Position numbers and translations under genes: made by a program. Below, in pieces: positions 13,001 through 26,902 of a DNA stretch of 64,000 nt. The notes under the pieces were generated by a model. The model was not told the origin of the DNA. It searched no databases and was given only the letters and a program-made list of their open reading frames with translations. Positions within the stretch are counted from its first letter, which is position 1. The number at the start of each line of letters is the position of its first letter. The DNA is from Felis catus (Eukaryota). Location: the NCBI RefSeq assembly GCF_018350175.1, contig NC_058373.1, positions 117,678,001 through 117,742,000 of the forward strand, written 5' to 3'.

Positions 13001-16000
13001 GCAGCAGCCAGTGCTTGGGCAGACGGACACTGGCAACTAGGCTGAGGTCGACCGTGTTCTTCCCCTCCCCCGCCCCGCCTCGCCCAAACTCCCGGAAGGT
13101 GGGAACAACTGAACACTTAGCCTGCTCCTCTTCTGTGGATGAATATGCATGAACACAAGGAAAGAGACCTAGATACCCAGACACCTTCCCTGATGGTACG
13201 CTACCTGGCGTGTGGTCAGAGGGCTGAGACCGAGTGTGATTTTAGAGCTGAAAAGCAGGTCGAAGCCTGGGCCAGGATGTGGTTCGTTTTTTCCCAGCCG
13301 CTCTAGGGCTTTGTGGGCCGCCCTGCACAGAACGGGTGCCCTGCCAAGTGTCTCAGCCCGTACCAGCCTGCCTGGCAATCCCTCACGGTGGGCAAGAAAT
13401 GTGCACATCTTCCATCCGAGCACGAATGCCCCCTGGGCAAACGCGGCAGATACACGACGAGCAGCCAGAATGGACATCCCTCCTCTTCCCAGCCAGAGGC
13501 ACAAAGGCTCCCTGGGCATCTGACCATTTACTGCCACGGCGTGACTTCCCTGCTTTCCCAAATGGCACACTGATGGACCAGATGCGTCGGGAAGCCAGGG
13601 CTCTCTGCCTCCCTACCCCGCCTCTCCCGCCACCTGCTCTGCCACCTCCTCCGCTCCGAGATAACCGTGCTGTATTTTCATGCTCTCACTCACATATTAT
13701 CTCGCAATGTGTCTTTCCTTCCCCCCCCCCCCCAGTACCTAATTTAGGCCTTTTCAACTACATGTTGAAAATGTGCAGGGGGTATATTTTCATCTGCGTC
13801 TTCCCGCCACCATCCCACCCTTCAGCATCTAGCTTGGCAGGAGGGCAGGGAGGGGCAAGGGCAGGAAGGGAGGAGGCAGGCCCTGCAAGAGGAGAACCAA
13901 GGTCTGGGGTGCGGTGGGGTGGGGGGAGTAAACATGGAAGGGCAAAGTCAATAAGAACCACAATCCCAACTCCAGCCCATAAAATCTGTGCATCCCTTTG
14001 ACAGAAAGCAGAATGGAGTCCACAACCATTGCCAAACGTGTCCCCCAGAGAAGCAGAGGTGAGTGAGGGAAGAGGGAAAAGAGTCCATGGGCCAGTGACC
14101 CTCCAAGAACAAGACTCACCCCCTGCGGTGTGCAGGGGCCGGAAGCAGGGGTGGGCCTGGCTGGACCTCAGGGAAAGAGCGCCCCCTCCCCCCCTCCTTG
14201 GACAAACAGGTTCTCCCTCTTGTCCTGGAGCCACATGTAGGTTCACTTTTAGTTTGTTAAGGGAGGGTGTGTGTTTTTTGTGTGTCCCTGTTTTCATCAT
14301 CAATATTAATAACATTGATAGAAATAATAGAGATGCAGAGAAGCAGCCAGGCAGGACGCAGTGGCATAAATATAACGTGGGGATGTTGCTGAGGGAAAAT
14401 AGAGGGGCTCAAGGGCCTCCCCCGTGTCCTACAGGGACCGTTCACCCACTCTCCTCTTCCCACCGCAGCAGTGTTTATGTGCCAGACTGGGTCGGTGCCG
14501 TCCTGAATGGCCACTTTGCTCGCTGCCTGGGCTAGAGGTCATTATTAGTATTTATATCTCTGCCGAAGAGGGTTCTGGCTGCCAGCCAGTCCCGGTTCCT
14601 GCCTTCCTCTGGCCTGCCCTGGGAAATGTCACCATCAGCACAAATGTTTCCTTCTCTTGGTGGGGCCAAAGAGGGGGAAACCCTGGAGTGACCCTCTTTC
14701 AAGGCACCGGAGCAAAGAAAGGGAGGCAGCTGGGAACACAGAGACTGACCGAGGGGCATTCCTGTACCCTCTGACTCCTGTTGTCCCCACCGCAGCACAG
14801 CCACCCAGGACCCTGGGGAGTCACCTCAGGTCTCAGCTGTCTGCGGGGACACACAGCCAGGGCTCGCTCAGAGCCCAGAGAGAGCCTTCCCTGGGAACCC
14901 ACCGACTTCCAGATCTTTTCCCTCCCACGGGGAGCCCCCTGTTCATTCTGGGAGACCAGCGGGATGAGGCCCAGGCAAGGCCCAGACCCCTCCCCATCCC
15001 CGCTTCCTGAGGTGCTTCCTTTGGGGCGTCTCTTCACAGCAGCCTGGGCTAGGAGCATGGACAGGGGGCCAGGCCTTCCCAGGAGCAGCTGCTGAGATGC
15101 TCAGAGGAAGCCCCCCCGGTCCGTGTGTCTAAGGGCTCCATTCGTCCTCCCACATTCAAGGCACCTGAGCTGGTGGCAGCACTCGGGCCTCCCCGGCCCA
15201 CACCCTCTAGTCATTTAGCTCCCGGACTTCTAAGTGGAAATCAGGTTTCTGGTCCCCTCCTCAAGGACCCTCCCCTCCCTTCATTGTGCTTTGCCGAACC
15301 TGAAACACCTTTGACCCTCCCCACCTCCTTCCTCTAGGCCCCCTTCCACCCTCCCTCTCTACAGGTGACACCACTACAGGGATACGAACCCACCACAGGA
15401 GACGCCAATGCACAGCTCTGATAAGGAGCCCGGTGTGGCACGTTGGGCATCTTCCCTGGGAGTGTGAGCATGACTCTGGCCCAGGGAGCCACCATTTCCT
15501 TGGGGTGTGACATAGGCACATCCTGAGGAGGGAGGGGCCTGTGGTGGGCAGCAGGGGAGGGCCTGGGTCCTCCCATTGGTAACAGGCTGAGAACCGGCCC
15601 AGGGACAGGAAAGGTGGTCCCTGGGCCTCCCTGCACCCCCCCACAAACACAGACTCAGAGAGCAAACCAGGGGCCCCTCTTCTCTGAGTCTAAAGCCTGA
15701 AGTTGCCGGCAGTCTTTCTTCAAGAGCACAGGTCTGTCTCCTAAACTTGCCCCCAATAGGAAGAGTAATAATAATCATCCCATTTTTCTTTCTTAAAATA
15801 TCTGAACTTTTAAAGGGGAGGGCCGAAAGGAATCTCGTGCTGTGTTCAAAGGACAACACCTAAAATGCACCATGAGTGTAACTCTCCAGGGTATCATGAA
15901 ACCATCACTGTGAAATCCAAACCCTCCCCCAACCTTAAAACCTGTTATCTTCCCCAGCTCGGGAGGAATCTGGCCTCCCTCCTTCTCACCCACGGCTCAC

Positions 16001-16499
16001 ACACCGTACTTCCAGCCACACGTCTGAGCTGGCCCCCCTGGGAAGCCACCGCTCCTCACCGCCTGCCTGGACTTCCCACCTGGCCCTGGAGCAATGACAG
16101 GAGGCCTTGGGATCCTGCTCCAGGTGCTCTGAGTCCGTGGGTGGGGGGGGGGGGGGGGGGTTGAGAAGGAAATCAGGATGTAAATCTCCTAACAGAGGCC
16201 TTGTCTGGATTTCCTCATCGCCGTTGCCCGCGCTGGATTTGCTGCAGGCCCAATAAGCAATGTTTCAGAAACACAGGGTTTCAACTTCCGGCTTGGATCG
16301 TGTAGCCTCACCTCCTCTCTGGCCAGCTAGAGCCACGGTATCAGGGTGAAGTGGAGCAAGGCACTCGGGCTGTTCCAGGGATCTGGCCGGCAGCCAAGAG
16401 CATCATTATCTCCCCTTGGTGGCCTGTATACCCAGTGACGAGATGCCACAGGGTGGGGGCCTCCATCGTGCCAGGCCCCGAGCCAGGATCTTCGCCAGC

Positions 16500-17150
16500 A
16501 AAACTGCTAATCCCTGCAACAGCCGTGCTGGATAGGCCACATCTCCCTACCTCCCAGATGTGGAAAATGAACCTCAGAAGGGCAAAGTCACTTGCCCAAG
16601 GTCAACCAGCTAGAAAGTAGCAGAGCTGGGCTTTAAACCAGTTTTTAAGCGAATGTCACACGGAACTGAATTACGGCCCTCTCCCGGAGTCGGCGCCCCG
16701 TTCTAGGCCACGATGATCTTGAAGAAAGGAGTATCTCAAGTATCTTCATGCTGAAATCCCCAACCCCAGGGTAAATCCCTCACCCCCACCAACAGGAGAC
16801 CCACGCACGGTCCTGGTTTCCTTGTCACAGCTTCGGCCGACTGGCCCTGACCACAGGCAGCCTAGCCCCTAAAACATAAACCCATTTTGGTCAAAAGGGA
16901 GATTCTGAGAAGGCATCTAACCTTGGCTAATTCACACGAGAAGGGGGCATACAAGTCATTTCGGATCCCTCCTTGGAAAGCACCGCTTTCCAGTGGTTAT
17001 CTATACAACATTATGCCTTTTAGGTCTCCCGTTGTCACTGTGGAACAGGCAGGGAAAGTATTATTATCTCTTTTTCATAGGTGAGCAAACAGGTTCAGAG
17101 ACATTAAGTGACTTGCCCAAGGCCACACAGCTACTGAGTAGCAAAGACAA
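16500..17150 (-). mobile_element. Two MIR remnants (~16500-16640 and ~17010-17150) in the putative 3'UTR
   Basis: AAGTCACTTGCCCAAGGTCA and ATTAAGTGACTTGCCCAAGGCCACACAGCTA MIR motifs. Confidence 0.7.
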
Positions 17151-19717
17151 AACTAAAACCCTGATCATCAACGTGCATCCCATGATTCTAGCTCGTCCTC
17201 TGGGGCTCAAAGAAAGACCAATTTGAAGTTTACCACCACTTTCTCTGTTTCAATACAGCAAGTGATAAATGTGACTCTGGAGATTCCGTCTTCTTGCAGT
17301 ACCCTGGAAGTGCCATCCCACGAGCTGGCTTTGCTATCCCCACTTTCCAGATGGGGAAACTGAGATCTCCAAAGAGGACAAGGTTGGACCCAGCCTAGAG
17401 GGCATGAAACTGGGAAGGGAACCCTGGACCCTCCTAATGTCCTTTCTAGAGCTCTGAGCACTCCCCGGTCCCTCCACTGCAGGATTATAGCACCTGACCT
17501 TGCAAGATTCAATTCCTCCTCATAGCTTCCGTGGGCAGCAGGTGGGGCTGGAGGTAGAACAGGGCCACCCCATCATCTGTGTTGAGGGGGGGAACACGTG
17601 CGCACATACTCCAAAGAGGACCTGTCAGGTAGCAGGGCCACACTTTTGGGTTTCGGACTTCCTTTTTAAACATGAAAGCCACTGCGGCATTTGGGAACAT
17701 TCTGGTAACTTTTTTCTCTAAAATTAAGTCAAAGTGATTTTCAAAACCAATCGTCGGCCTTTGAGGACACCCCACTTTGGCTTTTGTGGGAGGACAGAGA
17801 GCCGGAGCAGTCGGGAGAGGACATCTGCCCCTCTGGTGTGACCCGTCTGGGTAACAGATGACGTGAAAACACAGCAGCTTTCGAAACCCTCCCTGGACCT
17901 CCAGCATCCAAAAACAGGTTCGCCAAACAGCAGGGGGAAGGAAGTATCTTATGAGGAAGATGCAAATCCCATCTGGACAGGACCCTTTAAACAAGATCGT
18001 TATGTATACACAGAGCTCACTCGGAGACCACGGGCCCCTGCAGGAGAGTGACCCCCATCTCCTGCCACAGGTCACTCTGCCAGGCTGTCCGGGTCCACTG
18101 GCCAAGAGCAATTAGCCCGGGAGGGAGGCTCTTGCCAAGTCGAGGAGCGAACACTTCTGCCGGGCAGAAGTGGCCCAACTAGCCCAAGTCTCCAGGGCCT
18201 TCTTCAGGAGCTGAAGGACTAAAAATAACCTCGGCCTTTGTTGTACGCAGCCGGACCACAGAGATGGGGCTGATTTCAGGGAAGCCGAGCATGCGCGAGG
18301 GTCCCACTCACCGAGACCTGCCCTTTGGGCAAATGATTTTTCCAGAAATGTGTCAGTTATTGTGTGCTGCTGCCGTTGCCACTGCTACCGAGATTCAAAG
18401 ACAGCCCGATCCGCTCCAGCCCTCGGGGCTGACTTCCAACACAGATTTCTCGGAAGCTCAGCCTCCCACCTCTTTCTTCTCAAAACATTTAAAAAAAAAA
18501 AAAAAAAAAGCCAGAGTCCAGCATGTACCGGGGAGCTTCGGGGACAAGAGCAGCCCTCGAGCTGAGGATTCTGCATCGTTGCCACCGTGATCGTAAATAA
18601 TCACATCCCCCACCCCCCCGACCCGGTTATTTGTTTAGGTGACAATCATCTCTTCCCCATCCTGAAATCTCCAGAGTCGGGTATCAGGAGACAGTGGCAA
18701 ACATACACGGGGTGGAAGGAAGAAATTACTTGGGAAAAGGAATTCGTGGTGCCACATCAATACTGAAAGGTTGCTCAGAGCTGCAGTCCTTTGTATCAAT
18801 GTTTAGATTCTGGGCAGCCCGCACACACTTTCCTGGCTCTTTAGTCCCAGGGAAAGCTCCAGACCCAGGCTGGCTGGGAGGCAGAGCCTTAGCATGTCCC
18901 CTGCCATTGGCTGTGGCTTGTCTCACCTCAAGGATGCCCTTGAGAAGGTCAAGGAACTGCAAAGCCTGATCCTTTGCAAAGCCACTCCCGATGGATAACA
19001 AATACTGACGGGCTGTGGCGGGGCCTCAGAATTCTCCTCCCAATGTGTCTGCCCACTCCTCAGCACTTCTATTACCCTCCCCGCCCCCCAGCCCCATCAA
19101 GAGACCACCCTGGCTGTAGACACCACTAGGTATCTGCTGGGGGTCCAGAAAACTGCTTTTTTTCTTCACAGAGACCAAGGAACAAAAAAGGATTTTCATC
19201 GTCAAGATGGCCTCCCGACTCTGAGTCTAGAAGTTTCCAGGGAGGCTTGTAATAAATAACAACTTCTCCACAGCCCTTTGTTCCTCTGCTGAGTTCAGGA
19301 TGAAGAGCCGAAGCAGGAGGCGGGAGGCTGTGTGAAGATTTCTTGGAACACAATAGATAGAAAACACCAAACTACACGTGAATGACTGATAGGTGGTCAC
19401 AAAACAAGCTTCCCTTAAAAGGGAGCCAGTGAGAGGGCCTCAGTGCTGGGGTAAATGTGAGGGGGTTCCACAGGGCCGGGGCTAGGGGTGTTCTTCAAAA
19501 GTGCAAGATCCTTCTGGTAGAAACAAGGAGGGAACGGCTGAAGTACCGGAACCTGTGTGTAGGAGGTAAGCAGACACCTCACCCTCTTGGTTCCACGTGG
19601 CCATGCCCTCTGTGACCACAGGTTTTCCTTACAGTTGGTCTGTCTGGATACATGGGAGCGGGGGCTTGATCTGGTTTGAGCTGGGCTCCGCCTCAGCCTC
19701 TCCAGCAACCTGGGGCC

Positions 19718-19788
19718 CTAGGCTTGGCAGCCAAAGGCTGAGGCCTTTTCTTTGAGCAGTTCCCAGCACAGGTGGCAGCTCCAGCTTC
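19718..19788 (-). CDS. DPF3: DPF3 last exon, coding part (end of PHD2 and C-terminus)
   Basis: TGTTTCTTGCAG|GA AGC TGG AGC TGC CAC CTG TGC... gives (G)SWSCHLCWELLKEKASAFGCQA then TAG at 19718-19720. Supplies the final CxxC of the C4HC3 PHD2. Confidence 0.97.
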
Positions 19789-20089
19789 CTGCAAGAAACA
19801 AGATGGCGTTACCAGCAGCCGCTCTCGCACCCTCAAGCCCCGCCCCTTGGCCCTAACTCCCGCAAGCCCTGTTTCTCTTTTGACTTTCACAGCTCAGAGA
19901 CTGAGTCCCCGGCCTGAAAATACGCCGGAGCCTGCAGCTCGGCAGAGGGTAAGTGCCGCTCAGAAAAGTTAGGTGCTCGGAGGCGATCAGCTGAACTGCT
20001 GTGAAGCCCCTCATTCCTTGGCAGCCACCAGGTCTAGGCCAGTTCCCCGGGGAGGCTTCCTCCCCCACCACTTCTGCCACATGTCCAGG

Positions 20090-20262
20090 AAACGTCTCCT
20101 TGGCCCCCAAGTTGTCATTTCTGGGGGTGGAACCATGCCTCGGTGTCCTCATCTGTACAATGGCCGTGGCCGTACCTACTTCAAAGGATCGTGATCATTA
20201 AATGAGACAAGTTACGGAAAGGCCTCGGCACAGGCCTGCACCATAGTGAGGGCTCAGGAAGC
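20090..20262 (+). mobile_element. MIR in the last DPF3 intron
   Basis: GCCTCGGTGTCCTCATCTGTACAATGG...GTACCTACTTCAAAGG...ATTAAATGAGA...GGCACAGGCCTGCACCATAG. Confidence 0.7.
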
Positions 20263-20307
20263 GGTAGGAGTAGCTGTTAGGGCTACTGTCGACCTCATCA
20301 TCATTAC

Positions 20308-20389
20308 CTTCTGGGGGCTCAGCCACCGGGGGATTTAAACAGTACATGTGATAGCCACGGTCACAGTCATCGCAGAAGAGTAGCTGGTC
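20308..20389 (-). CDS. DPF3: DPF3 penultimate coding exon (PHD2 core)
   Basis: Long pyrimidine tract TCTCTCTCTTCCTCTCCACCTATTCTGTACTCCGCCAG|GAC CAG CTA...CCA GAA G|GTAATG. 82 nt, phase 0 in, phase 1 out. Translates [27 protein letters not shown](G), in frame with both neighbouring exons. Too short to appear in the ORF track. Confidence 0.97.
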
Positions 20390-21639
20390 CTGGCGGAGTA
20401 CAGAATAGGTGGAGAGGAAGAGAGAGAGCGTGAATTATTTAGGGCCAGCGTCTGGCCCCCACCTGCTCCTCCAGCCGATTCTGTGTGGATCCACCTTCCT
20501 GAATGCCCCTTTCCAGGCCCCGTTTGAAGTCTTCCCTGTCCCCTGAATATGCTTTGTGCTCTGCCCATACCTGGAAACTCCTCCTCTGCCTCTCCAACTA
20601 TGCAAACCCTACCCCCCACTTTAGGGTTCTGCTCAATCATACCTCCTCCAAGAAGCCTTCCTTGACTACCACCTCACATTCAAGCTTAAAGAGATTCCTT
20701 ATTCTTCTGAACTCCTGTAGCCAGTAACCCTGTCTCCATAAGGCAGAAAAACACTTTACTGCATTTCTGTGTTCCCCATGGTGACTGCCTAGTGCATAGA
20801 AAGAACTTTAAGCGTTTGAAAATTTTAATTGAATTCCTCTTAACCTTACCCTTTCCATCTGTGAAATGGGCAACAACCATACTTGATGGTAACATCTATG
20901 ACACCTCAGAACCTTTGCAGGATTGCATTATGCCAATATAGAGAAATGCATGTGATGTGATGCCACCTTCCAGATCCCAAATGCCTCGTCAGGGGCTGGA
21001 GGCTGGAGCCCAGGTGAGAACAGGACCCTCTAACACCGTGTTTAACTTCCAAAGACACAGTACACACCTTTGCTCCTGTTCCTGGACACTCTCCCAGCCC
21101 CTGACCCCTGCTCTTCTGGACCATTCCCTACACACCTCAAGTCTTCCAGCTCTTCTGTTCTACAGAGATGTCACTAATCTACATCCAATGGAAGTTCTCT
21201 CTCGCCTCTTGCATCCCCACAGTTCCCTCTGACATTTAATTGCATTTTGCCTTAGGCCACAAAGCCAGCTGTAGAGTAGACAAGTACACACAATTGTTTT
21301 CTGGAATAGTTCCTTTTGGAATGTGCCTCCTTTGTCCTCTCCTTTACAGATCGTCAGGCCCTTGGGGCAGAACCTTGTCTGAACTCATCTCCACATCTCC
21401 TTCAGAACTGGCACACAGTAGCGATGTGTTTGTGATCTGGTCCCCATTATCCAGGTTCAGCTCTGCTCTATTCTTTGGACCTGCTTGGATGCCTTATAAG
21501 ACGTTTGCAAAACTAAGTTTTGTATCAAATCTCACCCTGGCACCCCTCCGTATGGAGATCCTGGAAAAAGTAGATATTGAACTTGGAAACCCCAGTGAGC
21601 AAGCAATAAGGCAGGAGATATCATGAAAGACTTTTTTTT

Positions 21640-22480
21640 TTCTCTTTTAAATCATACTAACACCTTTCAGTGGTGCAATGGGAAGCTTTTGAAGAGTTAG
21701 CAACAGAGGAGTGACTGGTCACACATGGAATTTAGAAAGATCTCACAAGCTGCTGTGTAAGAATAGATACCTGGGTGGAAGGAGGTTGGTTCTGCAGGCT
21801 GAAAGGCCACTTAGGATGCACTACCACCATCCAGGTGAGAGGTGAACTCTGAACTAGGGTTGTGGCATGGGGAAAAGGTAAGGGTCCTGTTCCCATTTGA
21901 AAGTTATTGATTAGATGTAGAAAACGATAAAGAAGAAATCAAGAACATTACTGGGTTGTGGCTTGGTCGGCAAGCCAGATGATACAACCACCCATTGAGA
22001 CGTGGGCGGAAGAGTAGAGACGTGGGACATAGAAGGCAACCTCAGCCAGAGATGTTATATACGTCCACAGATCATGCAATGGAGATGCCCTGGAGGCAGC
22101 TGAACAGCAGGAAAGATGCCCGATCACGAGATATGGATTTGGGAGACATTGGTGATTAAGATGACAATGGAGGTCCTAAGAGAGGAAGCCCGTGATATGT
22201 TACAGATGTAACTTGAACTTGAACTCACGGAGGGATGTCCATTAATTTCTTGAAATTATATGAACAAATTTGAAATTATATGCACAAATGTACATTTTTC
22301 GGAGAAAAGAGTAAGTCCATAGCTGTCATTGAATTTTCTGAAATATCAAGGACTCAAAAAAGGTTACTGAGATAAAGGCCAAAAACAGACCCTCGGGAAT
22401 ACCAACTTTAAGGGACAAGCAGAGAAAAAAGAGACTAAGGCAGCAGTCAGAGAGTTAGGATGAAAACCAGGATGGCGTGG
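21640..22480 (-). mobile_element. L2 fragments, interrupted by a probable DNA-transposon remnant at ~22190-22370
   Basis: Purine-rich antisense L2 motifs such as GGAATTTAGAAAGATCTCAC...GCTGCTGTG and CATCCAGGTGAGAGGTG. Confidence 0.55.
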
Positions 22481-23039
22481 TTTACTCCAAAAAATGTACA
22501 CCACTATTTTGGAGCTGAAGTAAGCTATATGACAATATGACTTAGGAATAATACAAGGAGGAACAAGTTAGGATGGGGACAGAAAATAGGGAGAGACTTG
22601 TCAGAAACAGTATTACCAAAGTCTTTAAGACACATGACTCCTACTATAGCGCTGACACAAGAAATACAAGAAGGTAGAATACAGTGGATTAGACTTTCCC
22701 AAAGGGAAACCAGGTGTCTCTAGATTTAAGTACATTTTTCATGGGTTGATTATTGTCTAGTACCACATTCTCTTCTTTTCCATGTGCTTTTCAGGATAAC
22801 TGCTTGTCAGGTCCGCCCAGATCGGCCAGCTCGTGGTAACCCCCATGAAAAACATAATTTAAGAACCTCTTACTCCCAAGTACCAGAGAACCAGTTCCAG
22901 TACAATGGCTATAGTTCCAGTAGAATGGGAACCCTAGTCTGGAATGTGCATGGCAAATCCCTGACTATGTGAGAGGTACCCTACTGCCCAAGCAGCCTCA
23001 CCCTTGATTCCTCTCCTACAAGCAATGAGAAACCTCTGT

Positions 23040-24345
23040 ATTAACACTGTTGGTAAAGCCAAAGACCAGAACTAACCCAAATGTCTATCAACAAGAGACT
23101 GTTTGAATTAACTAATGAAGAACTATGCAGCTGTAGGAAGAAATGAAGATTATGTCTAAATACTGTGGTGGAGTAATCTCAAAGATATCCAGTAAAAAAA
23201 AGCAAGGTGAGGAAAACAGGTGTGTTTGTTACTATTTTCCAAGAAAATGCATTTTTTTTTCTGGATTCATTATGCGTATGGGTTCATACACATGAATTCT
23301 TACAACTTCATACATATATACACATAATGTTATATTTAAGTAGAAAGGAAAGATAAGCCATAATTTTTTTAAACGGCCACCTATGAGCAGAGTGAGGGAA
23401 TAGTGTGAAAGAGTAGGAATAGCAGACAGATTTTCTTGAATATCCTGTTTGTTTTAATAGACTCGATTCTGGAACCAGTAAATATTTTGCATAGTCACAA
23501 GACAAAATTCACACTGTAATTCCTCTAAAAATAAAAGAAAAATGAAACAAGTGAATCTAATTATGTATGAGTTGATGGCATAACCACACAGAAAGTAACT
23601 ATTTCAAGTGACTCTAAATCAAGTAGTTTGACTGTACATCCTTAGTCATCATCTTAGTTTTAAACAAAAATAAGTGTGTGTGTATGTGTATATATAAAAA
23701 TATATTTCCTTTCAGCAATCATATTTTTGGTGGTAATAGTGGAATTAATATTCTGAAACTTGTACATATCAAATGAATGATTATGTTGTTATTGAGAAGA
23801 ATTTTGACATGCTTGAAAGAAAATACAGATGTAAGATCAATGAAGTTAAGTAAAAACCCTATAGTTATTCCTGAGTATGAATTAGAAGTATCCATGTAAA
23901 CTCAAGTATCCATACAAATTCAGCATTTTGTCTTTAAAACAAACAAAAACATATTTTCTAGCTGTATCCATTTAAAATGCCCCAAAACAATGACCAATGA
24001 GGTAAAAATTAGCACCCCTAGTACCCCTATTATGTTCTCTAAAGATCATTGCCCACTGAAATGAACCAGAGGACCTTGAAGAAATGTCTGGTTCCAGGTC
24101 CAGGGCATGAAATGTATAAATAACTTCACATATTGGAAAGCAAGGAAGCCATCAAATACTATTGGGGTCATGTCTAAAGGACTCAAGATCCAACCTGATT
24201 ACATTCTCGCTGGTCAAATATAGGACAATTTTAACTGTAATGGATTGAAACAAATAAGATATATTTAAATCCTTGGGTTCATAAAGATACTATTTATAAA
24301 AAAAAAAAAAAACCTTGTCACCTTTGGAAGAAGCTAGGGAAACAT
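23040..24345 (+). mobile_element. Old L1M (L1MC-like) 3' region, left half
   Basis: AACCCAAATGTCTATCAACAAGAGAC...AACTATGCAGCTGT L1 3' motifs, AT-rich. Ends at ...GCTAGGGAAAC. Confidence 0.7.
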
Positions 24346-26902
24346 CCCTTTATTTTTTGGTTTATTACCTTGATATAATTTTAGTCATAGAGAAAGTTGC
24401 AGAACGGTACAGAGAGTTTCTGTACCCACTTTACTCAGCTTCCCTTAGTGTTGACATCTTACATTATGATAGGACGATCATGAAAAGCAGGATATTACCA
24501 TTGACATAATACTATTGACTAATCTGCAAGCCTCATTTGAAATTCACCAGTTTTCCCACTTCTGTCTCTTTTCCCAACATCCAATCCAGGATCTCACATT
24601 GTATTTAGTTGTCATGTATTCTTAGTGTCCTTGAATCTGTGACAGCTTCTCGGTTTGTCTTTCACGACCTTGATACTTTTGAAGAATCTAGGCCAGTGAT
24701 TTTGTAGAATGTCACTCAATTTGAATTTGTCTGATCTTTTTTCATGAGAAGACTGAGGGTGTGCACTTTGGGCAAGAATACTACAAAAGAGATGTGGTGC
24801 CCTTCTTAGTGCATCATATCAGGGCATTAATACCAATATGTCTTGTTACGAGTAATGTTATTCTGATCAAATAGTTTAGGCAGTGTCTGCCAGTTTTTAC
24901 TATAAAGTTATAATTTTTCCATTTGTAATGTATCAATAAGTAATCTGGTTGGGGAGATACTTTGAGATTATGCAAATAATCTCACCAATTGGCACCAATT
25001 GGTTGTTCTTGCTTACAACAACCCAAAACAGTGATGTTCGCCTATTGGTATTTCCCTCTTCCCTCTACACTTATTAATTGGAATTCTACGCTGAGAAAGA
25101 GTTTAACTCTTCCCTATTTATTTATTCAAATTTTTAAATAGCAGTATGGATTTTGTTCTTCGGATTTTAATGCAACACAATCCTTATTGACTTTGTTGCT
25201 CAAATTATCCCAGATTTGCCATTAGGAGTTCCTTCAAGTTAGTTCCTGTGTCCTTTAGGCATGCTTTATCAATTTTTGAGCACTTCCCTACTTTCTAGTA
25301 CCACAGGATGCTCCAGACTTTTCTCGTATCTCCAGCCCTAGGATCAGCCATTTGTCCAAGGGTTCCTAATTCCTTTTACTGGAGAATGGTATTTAGAAAC
25401 CAGTATCTGGGTACCATGGATCCTCATCGCTTCTGCGTTGTCATTGCTTCTAGGCTCTCGCAGAGAATAGAATTAGGAAGTAAATGTATGTGTAGGTACA
25501 CGTGCGCACACCTGTATTTATTTCTGTATCTATCTACTATTACATGTAGATATACATGTATACATGTAAAGAACTATACACACACACACATACACACACA
25601 CATCTTATATAAAATATATAAGCATATAGGTACACAATATGTTATATCAAAAATCATAAATTTATCCTAACACCCCTATTCCACCCCCAACACCACAGGA
25701 TTCAGTCTAGCCTTCCCTCTTTATTTGACTCTTCTTTCTGCAACATGGAGAAAACAGGCTGTCATTACCACAATATATACTTATTGGTTCGGACCTGTAC
25801 ACACATAAGGTAGTTTCAGAATGACTAACTTATATGCCTGTAAGAAACAAATTTACTAACTAGGGTATGATATTTATATAGTCTTTCTACCTTTAGCCTT
25901 AAAACACATAGTCGTGTACTGCTTTCTCAAGTTACTAAAGTTAGTTCTTTGCTTCCCCACCCTTCAGGATGGTTATGCTATCTATTTACATTAGGTTCAT
26001 TTGCTACTGTTCATGTTCCAGCTTCAGTGCCCACCCCCCCCCCCAACATCCTGGTTGATTTTAGTATTTTCCTGTAATAGGGTATGTACAACATTACCTT
26101 GGTCCTAAGTGTCAGCGCTATACAAAAAGGTGTTCTCAGAGAAGTGCTATCCAACCCCTATTTCCCTGTTCTTTCTGCCCCATCCCCTCCCACTGCTGTA
26201 GGTAACCAGTCTCTTTAGTTTCTTGTTTATCCTTCCTGTATTTCTTTTATACAAGCAAACAGATATATACTTTTTTTCCTATGCCTTTCTTATAAGAATG
26301 GCAGCATACTATGGATACAGATACTGTGTTGACGTCGATTTTTTCATTTAATGATACTAAACGTAGAAATTCCATATCAATTTATAAAAATCTGCCTCAT
26401 TTTTCTTTACAGCTGCAAGTATTCCAGTGATGGCTATGCCATCATTTATTCAATCATCCTTCTGCATGTGAACATTTAGGTCATTTCCAATATTTTATCA
26501 CTATAAACAATGCACCCATGAATAACCTTACGCACATGTATTTTCGTAGTGTTATAAGTATACCTTCACGGTAGATTCCTAAAGATGAGATTGCTGAGTC
26601 AAAAGGTAAGTGCGTAGTGGTTGTGTTAGGCAGGCATTGCTAAATGTCCCTACAAAAGAGTGGTGCCACTTTGTATTCCCACTGACAATGTATGAGGGTG
26701 CCAATTTCCCCACAGCTTCATCAACAGAATGTATTCTCAGACTCTTTCTTCCCAGTTTGACAGGTAAGAAATAGCATCCCAGTCTTTTTTTCATTTGAAT
26801 TTTTTAAATTATGAGTGTGTTCAGACATTTTTTTTTCAAATGTTTCAGGTCTATTTTTACGTCTTTTGTGACTCTTCTTTCATGTTTTCATCCATTGTCT
26901 TT

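Larger units (their letters stand above)
10015..19717 (-). other. DPF3: Probable long 3'UTR of DPF3b (~9.7 kb; distal end inferred)
   Basis: Follows the stop codon. Contains no young SINE or L1, only old MIR remnants. The first convincing minus-strand AATAAA with a downstream GU-rich tract that I found is at 10034-10039. The end point is an inference. Confidence 0.55.

Noticed and set aside
13279..14001. Longest ORF in the track (240 aa, Pro/Gly-rich) and the neighbouring 160-200 aa ORFs at 11.8-18 kb
   Set aside because: No recognisable domain, low-complexity composition and overlapping ORFs in many frames, as expected in GC-rich non-coding DNA.
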